Positions 21,930-30,545 of a DNA stretch of 64,000 nucleotides are shown here, in pieces. The number at the start of each line of letters is the position of its first letter. Within the stretch, counting starts at the first letter, position 1. Position numbers and translations under genes: made by a program. Location of the stretch: assembly GCF_963974575.1 (NCBI RefSeq), contig NZ_CAXBBQ010000009.1, positions 36,734-100,733 of the forward strand. Reading direction: 5' to 3'. A model generated the notes under the pieces. It saw nothing but the letters and a program-made list of their open reading frames with translations. It was not told the DNA's origin and did not search any database. This DNA comes from an uncultured Sphingosinicella sp. GTDB lineage: Bacteria; Pseudomonadota; Alphaproteobacteria; Sphingomonadales; Sphingomonadaceae.

Positions 21930-23117
21930 CTATACCTGCCATTCAAGATGCAGCGCCGTCGGCTGCCGGAATTCGAAGCCGCGAACTTCGGCAAGGTGAT
22001 CAGCCGAAAGGCGGATATCCGGGCAACGTTCCAGGATATGCCGGATGGCGGTGATGGCTTCGAGGCGTGCGAGATTCGATCCCAGGCAGAAATGCGGGCC
22101 GAGTGCGAAGCCCAGATGCTTCCGCACGTTCGTCCGGTCCAGCCGGTACGCGGTGGGCTCATCGAAAACGCGCGCATCTTGATTGGCCGCGCCGAGCATA
22201 CAGTTGACGATGTCGCCTGCGCGAAAGGTAGATTCGCCGAGCGTGAAATCCCGAACGACGTGGCGCGTGGCGGATTGTACCGGCGAAAGCCAGCGCAGCG
22301 TTTCCTCGATAGCTTGTGGAATGAGGGCCGGGTCTCGGCGCACGCTGGCGAGCGCATCGGGATGCGTGCACAGGGCATAGAGACAGTTGAGGACAACGGC
22401 TTCCACTGTCGAGATACCGCCGAAGAAGATGATGGACGCGTTCCGGCAAATCTCTGCGTCATCCAGCCGGTCGTCGCTCAGGTCGTTGACGACCTGGCTG
22501 AGCAGGCTGTCGTCGGGCGCTGCCCGTACCCGCGCGATGTGGTGCCGGATGAGCGCATGGAACTCGCCGACGTAACCCTGCGCCCGCGCTCGAACGTCCT
22601 CGCGCCACGCAAAATTCGAAAGTGCCCCTTCGAAGCCATCATACCAGAGGCGCAGTTTCGCTTCCTCTTCGAAAGGGATGTCGAACAGCGAAAGGATCGA
22701 GAGCACGGGCAGCCGGCTGGCGTAGGCGGCATGAAACTCGGCTTTGCCGTCGTTCACGAAGCGGTCGATGAGCAAACGCGAACACGCATCCGTCCTCTCC
22801 TCCATGGAAGCACGGATGCGAGCCGGGCCGAACGCCCCACGGAACCGGGATTTGAATCGTTCATGCTGTTCCCCTTCGGCAGTCAGCATGTGTTCGCCGA
22901 ACGTGTCGAAAATCAGCGAATCCCGCGTTCCGGTCACGAAATCGTCTGTGTTGCGAAGGATGGTCTCCACGTCCCGGTAACCGGCGACGAGCCACATGCT
23001 GAGATCCGGCACCCAGCCCACGGACGACCCCGACTGCAGCGTCCGGAAGGTCGGATACGGATCGCGATCCAACGCTTCCGCCGTGATCTCAAGGCAGGGT
23101 GTTCGATCGTATGTCAT
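21930..23117 (-). CDS. cytochrome P450
   Basis: 395 aa with the heme-binding loop FALGPHFCLG and an EETLR (ExxR) motif. Confidence 0.85.
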   Translation of the reverse strand: MTYDRTPCLEITAEALDRDPYPTFRTLQSGSSVGWVPDLSMWLVAGYRDVETILRNTDDFVTGTRDSLIFDTFGEHMLTAEGEQHERFKSRFRGAFGPARIRASMEERTDACSRLLIDRFVNDGKAEFHAAYASRLPVLSILSLFDIPFEEEAKLRLWYDGFEGALSNFAWREDVRARAQGYVGEFHALIRHHIARVRAAPDDSLLSQVVNDLSDDRLDDAEICRNASIIFFGGISTVEAVVLNCLYALCTHPDALASVRRDPALIPQAIEETLRWLSPVQSATRHVVRDFTLGESTFRAGDIVNCMLGAANQDARVFDEPTAYRLDRTNVRKHLGFALGPHFCLGSNLARLEAITAIRHILERCPDIRLSADHLAEVRGFEFRQPTALHLEWQV

Positions 23118-23239
23118 CGCGGTGTGTGGTCCTCATCCCGTTGTTTCAGTGAGATTAGGAGGCATGGATTGAAGAGTCTCGCCAGATATGCCATGATTTT
23201 TTTACATTTCGGATAGTTTGGATCAAGTAAGTCTCATAA

Positions 23240-23713
23240 ATGACGAAAATGACCATAACGCTCGACGTGCGTGACCGGAAAATTCTGCGGGAGCTGCAGC
23301 GGAATGCGCGGCTCAGCAATATCGACCTTGCAGCGCGCGTCGGCATGTCCCCGTCCACGTGCCTGCGCCGCACACGCGCACTCGAAGAGGCGGGGATCAT
23401 CAGCGCCTATGTTGCGGTCGTCGATCCGGCCGCGCTCGGCCCCAGCATTTCGCTCTACATCATGATCGATCTCGATCAGCGCATCGAAACCGACGCCAGG
23501 ATGTTCTTTGACAGGATCGCCCGCGACGATCGCATTGTCGAATGCGTTGCGCTTACCGGAAACCACGACATACTGGTCCGAGCGGTGGTCCGCGACATGG
23601 CAGACATGGCCCAGTTGACGATGGATACGTTGCTGAAGCTACCGAGTGTGCGGAGTCTCACGTCGAGCATCGTGATGCGGTCGATCAAACGGGCAGCACC
23701 GCGCTCGCCGTGA
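23240..23713 (+). CDS. Lrp/AsnC family transcriptional regulator
   Basis: LDVRDRKILRELQRNARLSNIDLAARVGMSPSTCLRR (HTH) plus a C-terminal RAM-like domain, 157 aa. Confidence 0.85.
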   Translation: MTKMTITLDVRDRKILRELQRNARLSNIDLAARVGMSPSTCLRRTRALEEAGIISAYVAVVDPAALGPSISLYIMIDLDQRIETDARMFFDRIARDDRIVECVALTGNHDILVRAVVRDMADMAQLTMDTLLKLPSVRSLTSSIVMRSIKRAAPRSP

Positions 23714-23723
23714 AGGGGGAGGA

Positions 23724-26390
23724 ATGACGATCCATGGCGCGTTTGGCACCAACCGACGCCCCGGCGGCATGAAATTCCTGCCGCTCGGAACCGCTTCGGA
23801 TGCGGTTGAGAGAATGCGGCTGATCGAACTTGCACTGCGGGGTGCACCGGCAGCGGCCGGCTCCACGATCATCACGGCACCGGCGGGATACGGCAAGACG
23901 ACGCTGCTCGTGCAGATCAGAGACGAGCTTCAGCCGTTGGGCTTTCACTCCGCGTGGCTCAACTGCACCGCTGATCATGTTCAACCTGCGGCGTTTCTGG
24001 TCGACCTCGCGGCGAGTTTTCAGCGTGCTGGCATGTTTCCGTCGATGTCGGAATTTGGCCTCAGCGACATTGTCTCATCGATTTCCGGTTGTGGCCCTGT
24101 CTCGATCTTCATCGATGAGTATGAGTGCGCGAGTTCGGATGAGACCGACAATTTTCTTGAACTCTTCATCCGTATGCTGCCGCCGAACTGCAAGCTGTTC
24201 GTGGCGACTCGCGAGCTTCCAAAGATCAGCCTTTCAAAGCTACTCGTCGATGCACGAACGCGGCTTCTGAAAGCAAATGAGTTGCAGTTCAACCCGGAGG
24301 AAACCCGCCTTCTCATGGCCGACACGGGAGACATGGATCAATACGGAGGTCTGCTGGAGCAATGTGATGGTTGGCCGGTGATCCTGCAGCTGCTGCGCCT
24401 TGAAGGGCAGTCATTGCAGAAAACGGGTATACCGCCGATCGCGGGTCAGCATCGGGCCAGTATCTTCAATTACATTGCCGAGCAGGTGCTGGCGCGACAG
24501 GAGCAGGAGCTGCAGGAATTCCTGTTGCAGATATCGATCCTTTGGGATGTCGATGTGGCGTCCGCGTGCGCCGTTACGCAGAACGAGACCTCGGAGAGAG
24601 TCCTGCGCGCCGCGCTCAATCTCAGCCCCATCGTCACCCCGCTTTCCGAAGCACCGCTTTCGCTGCGCCTGCACCCGCTGTTCAGGGATTTCCTGCGTCA
24701 GGAACTCGCCGTCAGGATGCCGTCCGCGCCCAACGCGCTGCACGAAAGAGCCGCGGTTCATTTCGCCGCTGCGCACGATCTGCAAAGGGCGGTACACCAC
24801 GCAAGCCTGTCGGGTCAGAACGATTTGACCGTCAAGATTCTGGAGGACGCAGGGGGTACGCTTCTCGTGATCAGCGAGGGGATTGCCGCGGCTGGAGCGT
24901 TTCTCGCTACACTTCCTGCGAATGTGGTGACGGCACGGCCCAAGCTGCGTCAGTTGCGTGTGATACAGCAAGCGATGGAAGGTACTTCCGCCGACTGGCT
25001 TGGCGATTTCGAGCGGTTGGACTGTCTCTGCGGGGCCACGCACGCTGCGTTTGCGGACGATACGTACGTGTTCATCACGGACCTCATAAGGGCGATCCGC
25101 AACTGCTCTGAAACACGTTACGCCGTACTCAGCGCACCTTGGGCAGAACTCGCGAAGCTCAGGGAAAAGTGCCTGGCCTTGCGATATGAGGAACCTCGCT
25201 ATCTCGGCATCTGCCTGCCTGCGGAGCAAATTCTGCTCTGCGACTATGGGTCGGTCAGCCTCGCCGAAAGACGGACGCAGGAATTGCAGGCGCTTTTCGA
25301 AACCGAGCATTATGCGCCCAACACGGTATGGATCACCAATCACCTGTCTTTCATCGCCGTCACCAAAGGGCAATCCCGCGACGCGGAGCATTACTCGCGT
25401 GTCGTTCTGGAGCGCCTCGCGGACGCCGGCGAGATGCGCAACACCTTCATGCGGCGGCATTGCACGGCCATTCTCGGCCAGAGCTTTTTCGAGCAGAACA
25501 TGGTCGATGTCGCGCTGGCCCACTTTGATGCGGTGCCGAGGCAGATAGCCTATTCGCTGCTGAGCACGCAGGTGTACGCAATCTGTACGCGCGCGCGCTG
25601 CCTCGTTCTTGCTGGCGAGATTGATCAGGCACTCTCTGATCTCGACGATGACTATCAGTATGCGCTGGAGGAGGCCCTGCCGCACATGTCCGTCATCGCG
25701 CCAGCTGTGGGTGCGGAGTTGCGGCTGGCGGCGGGGGATATGAGTGGGTGCGAGCAGCTGATAAGGTCTGCGAAGCTTGATGCTCTGCTTGATCAGCACC
25801 GCACATGGTTTGTCCGCCCATGGCTGGAAACGGAATCGCTGGTGCGGCTGTTCTCCCGCTATTGGCTGCGGACGGACGAAGCCGACCGTGCCTATAATCT
25901 TGCGCATGAATTCGCCGTGCGCGCATCGCAAAGCGGGCGTCTTCTGATGGGGGCCGGCGGGTTCCTGGACGCCGCCGCCGCCGCGCTGGCCGCTGGCCAT
26001 CGTGGCAGAGCTGATGCCGCGATCGGTCAGGCCGTGAAGCAGGTGGAAGGGAGCGGCGCAGTTCGGCTCTTCCTTGATGCCCATGAAGATGTTCAGGCCT
26101 TGCTTCAGGAGAAACTGCAGAATGAACGGGGGCATGAAATCCTCAGCCTCCTCTCCGCGCGCGTCGCTCAGGATGTCGACCGCGGCGGTCTCGCCAAGCT
26201 TCTTAGCCCGCGCGAACAGGAGGTGATGGCCGAACTCTGCCTCGGGCACCCCACCAAGCTCGCCGCCCGGCATCTCAATCTTTCGTACGAGACCGTGCGG
26301 CATCATCTGAAACGAATCTACACCAAGCTGCACGTCCACACCCGGCAACAGGCTGTCGAAGCCTGGAAGCGGCAAGCCGATACCCCTTGA
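23724..26390 (+). CDS. MalT-like STAND ATPase / LuxR-family transcriptional regulator
   Basis: 888 aa. Walker A TAPAGYGKTTL as in MalT, a long helical/TPR-like middle section, and a C-terminal LuxR HTH (LSPREQEVMAELCLGHPTKLAARHLNLSYETVRHHLKRIYTKL). A strong SD (GGGGGAGG) sits just upstream, 10 nt after the lrp stop. Confidence 0.85.
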   Translation: MTIHGAFGTNRRPGGMKFLPLGTASDAVERMRLIELALRGAPAAAGSTIITAPAGYGKTTLLVQIRDELQPLGFHSAWLNCTADHVQPAAFLVDLAASFQRAGMFPSMSEFGLSDIVSSISGCGPVSIFIDEYECASSDETDNFLELFIRMLPPNCKLFVATRELPKISLSKLLVDARTRLLKANELQFNPEETRLLMADTGDMDQYGGLLEQCDGWPVILQLLRLEGQSLQKTGIPPIAGQHRASIFNYIAEQVLARQEQELQEFLLQISILWDVDVASACAVTQNETSERVLRAALNLSPIVTPLSEAPLSLRLHPLFRDFLRQELAVRMPSAPNALHERAAVHFAAAHDLQRAVHHASLSGQNDLTVKILEDAGGTLLVISEGIAAAGAFLATLPANVVTARPKLRQLRVIQQAMEGTSADWLGDFERLDCLCGATHAAFADDTYVFITDLIRAIRNCSETRYAVLSAPWAELAKLREKCLALRYEEPRYLGICLPAEQILLCDYGSVSLAERRTQELQALFETEHYAPNTVWITNHLSFIAVTKGQSRDAEHYSRVVLERLADAGEMRNTFMRRHCTAILGQSFFEQNMVDVALAHFDAVPRQIAYSLLSTQVYAICTRARCLVLAGEIDQALSDLDDDYQYALEEALPHMSVIAPAVGAELRLAAGDMSGCEQLIRSAKLDALLDQHRTWFVRPWLETESLVRLFSRYWLRTDEADRAYNLAHEFAVRASQSGRLLMGAGGFLDAAAAALAAGHRGRADAAIGQAVKQVEGSGAVRLFLDAHEDVQALLQEKLQNERGHEILSLLSARVAQDVDRGGLAKLLSPREQEVMAELCLGHPTKLAARHLNLSYETVRHHLKRIYTKLHVHTRQQAVEAWKRQADTP

Positions 26391-26427
26391 GCGGAGAACC
26401 GCGACGTTCAGGTCTCGTTGGGGGTAA

Positions 26428-26512
26428 TGGTGGAGGGGGCTGGATTCGAACCAGCGTACGCTATGCGGGCAGATTTACAGTCTGCTGCCTTTAACCACTC
26501 GGCCACCCCTCC
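26428..26512 (-). tRNA. tRNA-Tyr (anticodon GTA)
   Basis: The minus strand reads GGAGGGGTGGCCGAGTGGTTAAAGGCAGCAGACTGTAAATCTGCC...GGTTCGAATCCAGCCCCCTCCACCA. 7-bp acceptor stem, CTGTAAA anticodon loop, long variable arm, encoded CCA. Confidence 0.9.
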
Positions 26513-26603
26513 ACAGGGCGGGCGGCCCGGCAGTGGAGCCGGGCGCGGCAAGGCGGGCTAGATGGCGAATGGCTGCGGCGATGTCAACGCGTGATGTGCA
26601 GCT

Positions 26604-27341
26604 TCACGCAACGAGTCCCGAAGCCCAGCGGGCGAAGGCGAGCCAGCTCTCGGTTTCCCAGATGAGGACACGCAGGATTTGCGAGCTCACGAGCAGCAGC
26701 CCGCCCCACAAGGTGGCGCGGTGGACGCGGCCCATGGTCATCAGGTCGAACAGCACGAGCGCGAACAGAAAGAGGTCCGGCAGCACGAAGATCGCCACCG
26801 GGCCCACGAAGGGCGGGGGCAGAGGCATCCGTCCGATCGCGGGGCTCATCATGCCGATCATCGCGATGAACATCAGCCGCTTGTGCATCTGGGGCGTGCG
26901 GCGGTTGGCGAGCGCCCCGCCGATCAGCAGCGCGAACACCGGAATGTCGAGTAGCGGCACAGCAAGGAAGGTGAGCGGCGGGATCATCGGCGGACCGGCT
27001 GCGCGGTGGACGCTATGGAGCGCGGAAACCGTCGCGATCACGATCATCGCCGGCAGCATCACGAAGCCGATCATGCCGAGCAGGCGGTGCAGATCGGTGC
27101 GCCGCCACGCCACAAGCTGCGTCTGCAGAACGAACAGCAGCATCCAGCCTGAAAAGAGCAAGGCGTGGACGTGAACGAGCGTCGTTGCAGGTTTCAGCCC
27201 CGGTGGCGGCTCCACGATCCCGGAAAGATAGTAGCTCGGTGCAAAGCCGATGAAGACGAGCCCAAGCATCAGGAGCGCCGTCGATGAAAAGAACCAGCGG
27301 TCGGCGTGGGCGGCCGGGTGCCGCGATGCCAATGTTGCCAT
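26604..27341 (-). CDS. hypothetical polytopic membrane protein
   Basis: From MATLASRHP (ATG at 27341; alternative at 27353) the translation has about 6 TM segments. The upstream 180 codons of the 425-aa track ORF are Arg-rich and antisense to rlmB. Confidence 0.5.
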   Translation of the reverse strand: MATLASRHPAAHADRWFFSSTALLMLGLVFIGFAPSYYLSGIVEPPPGLKPATTLVHVHALLFSGWMLLFVLQTQLVAWRRTDLHRLLGMIGFVMLPAMIVIATVSALHSVHRAAGPPMIPPLTFLAVPLLDIPVFALLIGGALANRRTPQMHKRLMFIAMIGMMSPAIGRMPLPPPFVGPVAIFVLPDLFLFALVLFDLMTMGRVHRATLWGGLLLVSSQILRVLIWETESWLAFARWASGLVA

Positions 27342-27476
27342 GGAAGCCCCCATCCCTTTGACGCGCCGAACATACCGCAATCCGTCGACACCGAACAGAG
27401 GGTTGGAGTGGGGAGACGCGCGGGCTAAGGAGCCGCAAGGACGCGCGCAGCGTCGCGGTGAAACGGGAAGACGGCG

Positions 27477-28217
27477 ATGGGTAGACGGGGCAAATCCGGC
27501 AAGGCGAAGGGCGGCGGTGCATTCAAGTACCCGCGCTTCTATGGAAAGCACGCGGTTGAGGCGGCGCTCGGCAACCCGGACCGTGTTCCGCGCAAGCTGT
27601 GGGTGACGAGCGACATCGCGCAGAAGTTCCACCTGCCTGAGGGCCTTCCGGTGGAGATCGGGCAGGCAGCGGACCTCGCGCGGCTTGTGCCCGCCGATGC
27701 GCCGCATCAGGGGCTGGTGCTGGAGGTGGAGCCGCTCGACGACCTTCATATAGAGGATGTAGTCGGTCTCGATGGGCCGATTCTTGTGCTCGATCAGGTG
27801 ACGGACCCGCACAATGTAGGCGCCATACTGCGCTCTGCGGCGGCGTTCGGCGCGGCGGCGGTGGTGACGCAGGACCGCCATGCGCCGCCTGAATCGGGTG
27901 CTTTGGCGAAGGCGGCATCGGGTGCGCTGGAAGTGGTCCCCTGGGTGCGGGTGACGAACCTGTCACGGGCGCTCGAGGAGCTGGCGAAGGCGGGCTACTG
28001 GCGGATCGGGCTCACCGGCGATGCGGACAAGGTGCTCGCGGATACGCTCGCCGACATGCCGATGGTGCTCGTGCTCGGGGCCGAAGGGCCGGGGATGCGC
28101 CAAAACGTCGGCGCGCATTGCGATGTGCTCGCGAAACTGCCGATCTCGAATCGTGTCGAGAGCCTCAACGTCTCGAACGCGGCGGCCGTGGCGCTTTATG
28201 CGGTGACGTCGCGCTGA
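27477..28217 (+). CDS. rlmB: 23S rRNA (guanosine-2'-O)-methyltransferase RlmB (TrmH/SpoU family)
   Basis: 246 aa with SpoU motifs (DPHNVGAILRSAAAFG, LVLGAEGPGMR, ESLNVSNAAAVALY). Confidence 0.8.
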   Translation: MGRRGKSGKAKGGGAFKYPRFYGKHAVEAALGNPDRVPRKLWVTSDIAQKFHLPEGLPVEIGQAADLARLVPADAPHQGLVLEVEPLDDLHIEDVVGLDGPILVLDQVTDPHNVGAILRSAAAFGAAAVVTQDRHAPPESGALAKAASGALEVVPWVRVTNLSRALEELAKAGYWRIGLTGDADKVLADTLADMPMVLVLGAEGPGMRQNVGAHCDVLAKLPISNRVESLNVSNAAAVALYAVTSR

Positions 28218-28922
28218 TCAGCGCACGCGCTTGATGAAGACGGTGCCGTCCTCGCGGCGCTCGGTGACGAAATTCGGTACGGCCTCGACCAGCTCCGAGA
28301 GCCGCTTGAAGCCATAGTTGCGCACGTCGAAGGACGATCGATTGCCAGCGATCTTGCCGACCTCGGCAAGGCGCGCATAGCCCTGCTCGTCGCGCTTCAC
28401 GGCGTTGTAGGCATCGATCAACAGGTCGATGAGCTGGTCATCGACCTCGCCTTTCGGCGCCTTGTCCGCAACCGGCATCAGCGCATCGACATCGATGAAG
28501 CGTGTGCACGCCTGCCGGAACGACTCGGGCGTGCTGGCGCGGCCGAAGCCGTAAACGGGCAGCCCGTTCTGCCGGATGCGCATGGCGAGCGGCATGAAGT
28601 CGCTGTCCGACGACATCAGGCCGAAGCCGTCCACGCGGCCGGAATAGAGCAGGTCCATCGCATCGATCGCCATCGCCATGTCGGTGGCGTTCTTGCGCTT
28701 GGCGATATCGAACTGCTGCATCGGCATGATCGCGTAGGAATGGAAGACTGGTTCCCACGTGCCGAGTTCGGGCTTCGACCAATTGCCGTAGGCGCGGCGG
28801 ATGTTCACCGTGCCGAGTTCGGCGAGCACGGTGAGCACCGCATCGAGATATTTCTGGCCGCCCTGATCTGCGTCGATCAGGAGCGCGATGTTGAGGCTGC
28901 GTTCATAGCCGTTTGCCGCCAT
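28218..28922 (-). CDS. NYN (LabA-like PIN nuclease) domain protein with C-terminal OST-HTH/LOTUS domain
   Basis: The N-terminal IALLIDADQ...DMAMAIDAMDL...LMSSDSDF pattern matches NYN. The C-terminal 70 aa (GYARLAEVGKIAG...FKRLSELVEA) looks like OST-HTH. Confidence 0.75.
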   Translation of the reverse strand: MAANGYERSLNIALLIDADQGGQKYLDAVLTVLAELGTVNIRRAYGNWSKPELGTWEPVFHSYAIMPMQQFDIAKRKNATDMAMAIDAMDLLYSGRVDGFGLMSSDSDFMPLAMRIRQNGLPVYGFGRASTPESFRQACTRFIDVDALMPVADKAPKGEVDDQLIDLLIDAYNAVKRDEQGYARLAEVGKIAGNRSSFDVRNYGFKRLSELVEAVPNFVTERREDGTVFIKRVR

Positions 28923-28924
28923 GC

Positions 28925-29377
28925 TCAGTCCTTCGCGAACAGGTTTTGGGGCGCGCGCATCGCCTTGAATTCGAGCGCATTGCCGCTGGGATCAAAGAAA
29001 AACATCGTCGCCTGCTCGCCGACTTCGCCCGCGAAGCGGATGTGCGGCGCAATCTCGAAGTGGACACCAGCGCCGCCGAGCCTTTCGGCAAGCGCATGAA
29101 AACTGTTCCAATCCAGAACGATGCCGAAATGCGGCACGGGCACCTGGTCGCCATCCACGGGATTGCGGTGGATGCTGCCCGGCGGGGCGAGGTGTGCGAC
29201 GATCTGGTGGCCGAAGAAGTCGAAATCCACCCAGCTGTCGGACGAGCGCCCCTCGGGACAGCCCATCAGATCGCCGTAGAAGCGGCGGGCGGCGGCAAGA
29301 TCATCGACGGGAAAGGCCAGATGAAACGGCTGAAGGGTCATGGGCGCGACAGTGGCAAGCCCCTGCCGGGCACGCAA
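28925..29377 (-). CDS. VOC (glyoxalase/bleomycin-resistance fold) family protein
   Basis: 150 aa starting ...[22 protein letters not shown], typical of the VOC fold. Confidence 0.75.
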   Translation of the reverse strand: MRARQGLATVAPMTLQPFHLAFPVDDLAAARRFYGDLMGCPEGRSSDSWVDFDFFGHQIVAHLAPPGSIHRNPVDGDQVPVPHFGIVLDWNSFHALAERLGGAGVHFEIAPHIRFAGEVGEQATMFFFDPSGNALEFKAMRAPQNLFAKD

Positions 29378-29381
29378 GGCC

Positions 29382-29840
29382 CTAGAAGGAACGCTCCAGC
29401 CGCCCGAGCAGCGCGCGTGCCGGGGAGAGCGGCACTTCGGTGGCGAACTGGTCGTCGAGGCGCTTCACGCGCTCGTAGAGGTCGCGACTCGCCTCGATGA
29501 TTTCGCGGGCGCGTGGGGGAAGCTGCCCGAGACGGGTGGAATCGAGCTCGGTGTCACCGGCGCGGCCGAGTCGGCGTTCGGGCGCCTCGCCTTCGGCCTC
29601 GGTCATTTCGCCTGCCGCCACGGCCTTGCGGACGAGGAGCCATGAAACGACATGCATCAGCCGTGTCGTTACGCGCAGAGACTCGCACGAATACGCGACG
29701 CGCAGCACAGGATCGAGCGCTGCGCGCTCCAGCTGACCTTCGGAATCGAAGTAGCTGCGTGCCTCGTCTGCAAGCAGCATCGCCTCCGTATAGAGGGCAG
29801 CCACCAGCTTCGCTGTGATCGGCGTGTGTTCGTTCATCAT
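29382..29840 (-). CDS. DUF1465 / RcdA-like protein
   Basis: From [32 protein letters not shown], which resembles the RcdA (regulator of CtrA degradation) family. The start is uncertain (ATGs at 29840, 29837 and 29888; none has a good SD). Confidence 0.65.
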   Translation of the reverse strand: MMNEHTPITAKLVAALYTEAMLLADEARSYFDSEGQLERAALDPVLRVAYSCESLRVTTRLMHVVSWLLVRKAVAAGEMTEAEGEAPERRLGRAGDTELDSTRLGQLPPRAREIIEASRDLYERVKRLDDQFATEVPLSPARALLGRLERSF

Positions 29841-29997
29841 CGTTGCCGCGAGTGAATCGCGCCTTGTCGTTCCCGGGTCAACGGACATCTTGAAACAAAA
29901 GGGGTTAACAACCACCTCATCAGCGCCGGCGAAGGGATGCCCGAGATGGGGTCCGAGCGTCCGGCAAGGCCCAGCCATATGGTGGGCTGAAGGAACG

Positions 29998-30024
29998 CAT
30001 ATTGCTTTGAATTGAAAGGATATG
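29998..30024 (+). promoter_or_regulatory. ROSE-like RNA-thermometer hairpin sequestering the hsp20 SD
   Basis: CAUAUUGCUUU-GAAUUG-AAAGGAUAUG. The UUGCU segment pairs with AGGA of the SD, leaving a single bulged G (30004). A further hairpin lies at 29969-29987. Confidence 0.55.
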
Positions 30025-30027
30025 GAC

Positions 30028-30492
30028 ATGCGTACATTCGATCTGACCCCGCTGCTTCGCTCGTCGATCGGCTTCGAAAACCTCAGCCGGCTCGCGGAAT
30101 TCGCCGCGCGCGGCGACGAGGGCGGCGGATACCCCCCCTACAACATCGAAAAGACCGGCGAGAGCCAGTACCGCATCCAGATGGCGGTGGCGGGCTTCGC
30201 GGAGAGCGAACTCGACATCACCGTTCAGGAAAACACGCTGATCGTGACGGGCAAGACCGCGGAGACGGAGAACGGCGACCGCCAGTTCCTGCACCGCGGC
30301 ATCGCCAAACGCGCGTTCGAGCGGCGTTTCCAGCTCGCCGACGTCATCAAGGTGACGGGCGCGAACTACGAGCACGGCCTCCTCAACATCGATCTCGTCC
30401 GCGAGATTCCCGAGGAGAAGAAGCCGCGCAAGGTCGTGATCGGCGGCGGTGAGGCGCCGCAGGTAATCGAAGGCGTGCGCAGCGCCGCCTGA
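30028..30492 (+). CDS. Hsp20/alpha-crystallin family small heat-shock protein (IbpA-like)
   Basis: MRTFDLTPLLRSSIGFENL ... YPPYNIEK ... alpha-crystallin domain. The ATG at 30028 is 7 nt after AAGGA. The track start at 30022 is only 1 nt from the SD. Confidence 0.85.
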   Translation: MRTFDLTPLLRSSIGFENLSRLAEFAARGDEGGGYPPYNIEKTGESQYRIQMAVAGFAESELDITVQENTLIVTGKTAETENGDRQFLHRGIAKRAFERRFQLADVIKVTGANYEHGLLNIDLVREIPEEKKPRKVVIGGGEAPQVIEGVRSAA

Positions 30493-30512
30493 AGCGCCTG
30501 AGGACTGAAACG

Positions 30513-30545
30513 AAGGGCCGGAGGTTCGCCTCCGGCCCTTTTTTC
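30513..30545. terminator. bidirectional intrinsic terminator between hsp20 and otsA
   Basis: AAGGGCCGGAGG-TTCG-CCTCCGGCCCTT followed by TTTTT on the plus strand. The minus-strand reading is followed by TTCGTTTC. Confidence 0.7.

Noticed and set aside
13455-26512. The idea that the 13.5-26.4 kb accessory block is a tRNA-Tyr-integrated genomic island.
   Set aside because: The 3' end of the tRNA does face the block. However, I found no integrase, no direct repeat of the tRNA 3' end at the far side (only an 8-nt GAGGGGGC match in inverted orientation near 13525) and no obvious GC shift. It remains possible but unsupported.
26604-27881. 425-aa ORF extending the membrane protein across rlmB.
   Set aside because: The upstream part is antisense to the well-supported rlmB and is non-hydrophobic and Arg-rich. 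The membrane protein starts at about 27341-27353.
29889-29920. Sigma-32-type heat-shock promoter upstream of the ROSE/hsp20 leader (CTTGAAA at 29889).
   Set aside because: Only the -35-like half is convincing. No CCCCATNT or CYTATNT-like -10 lies at the proper spacing, so I cannot call a promoter.
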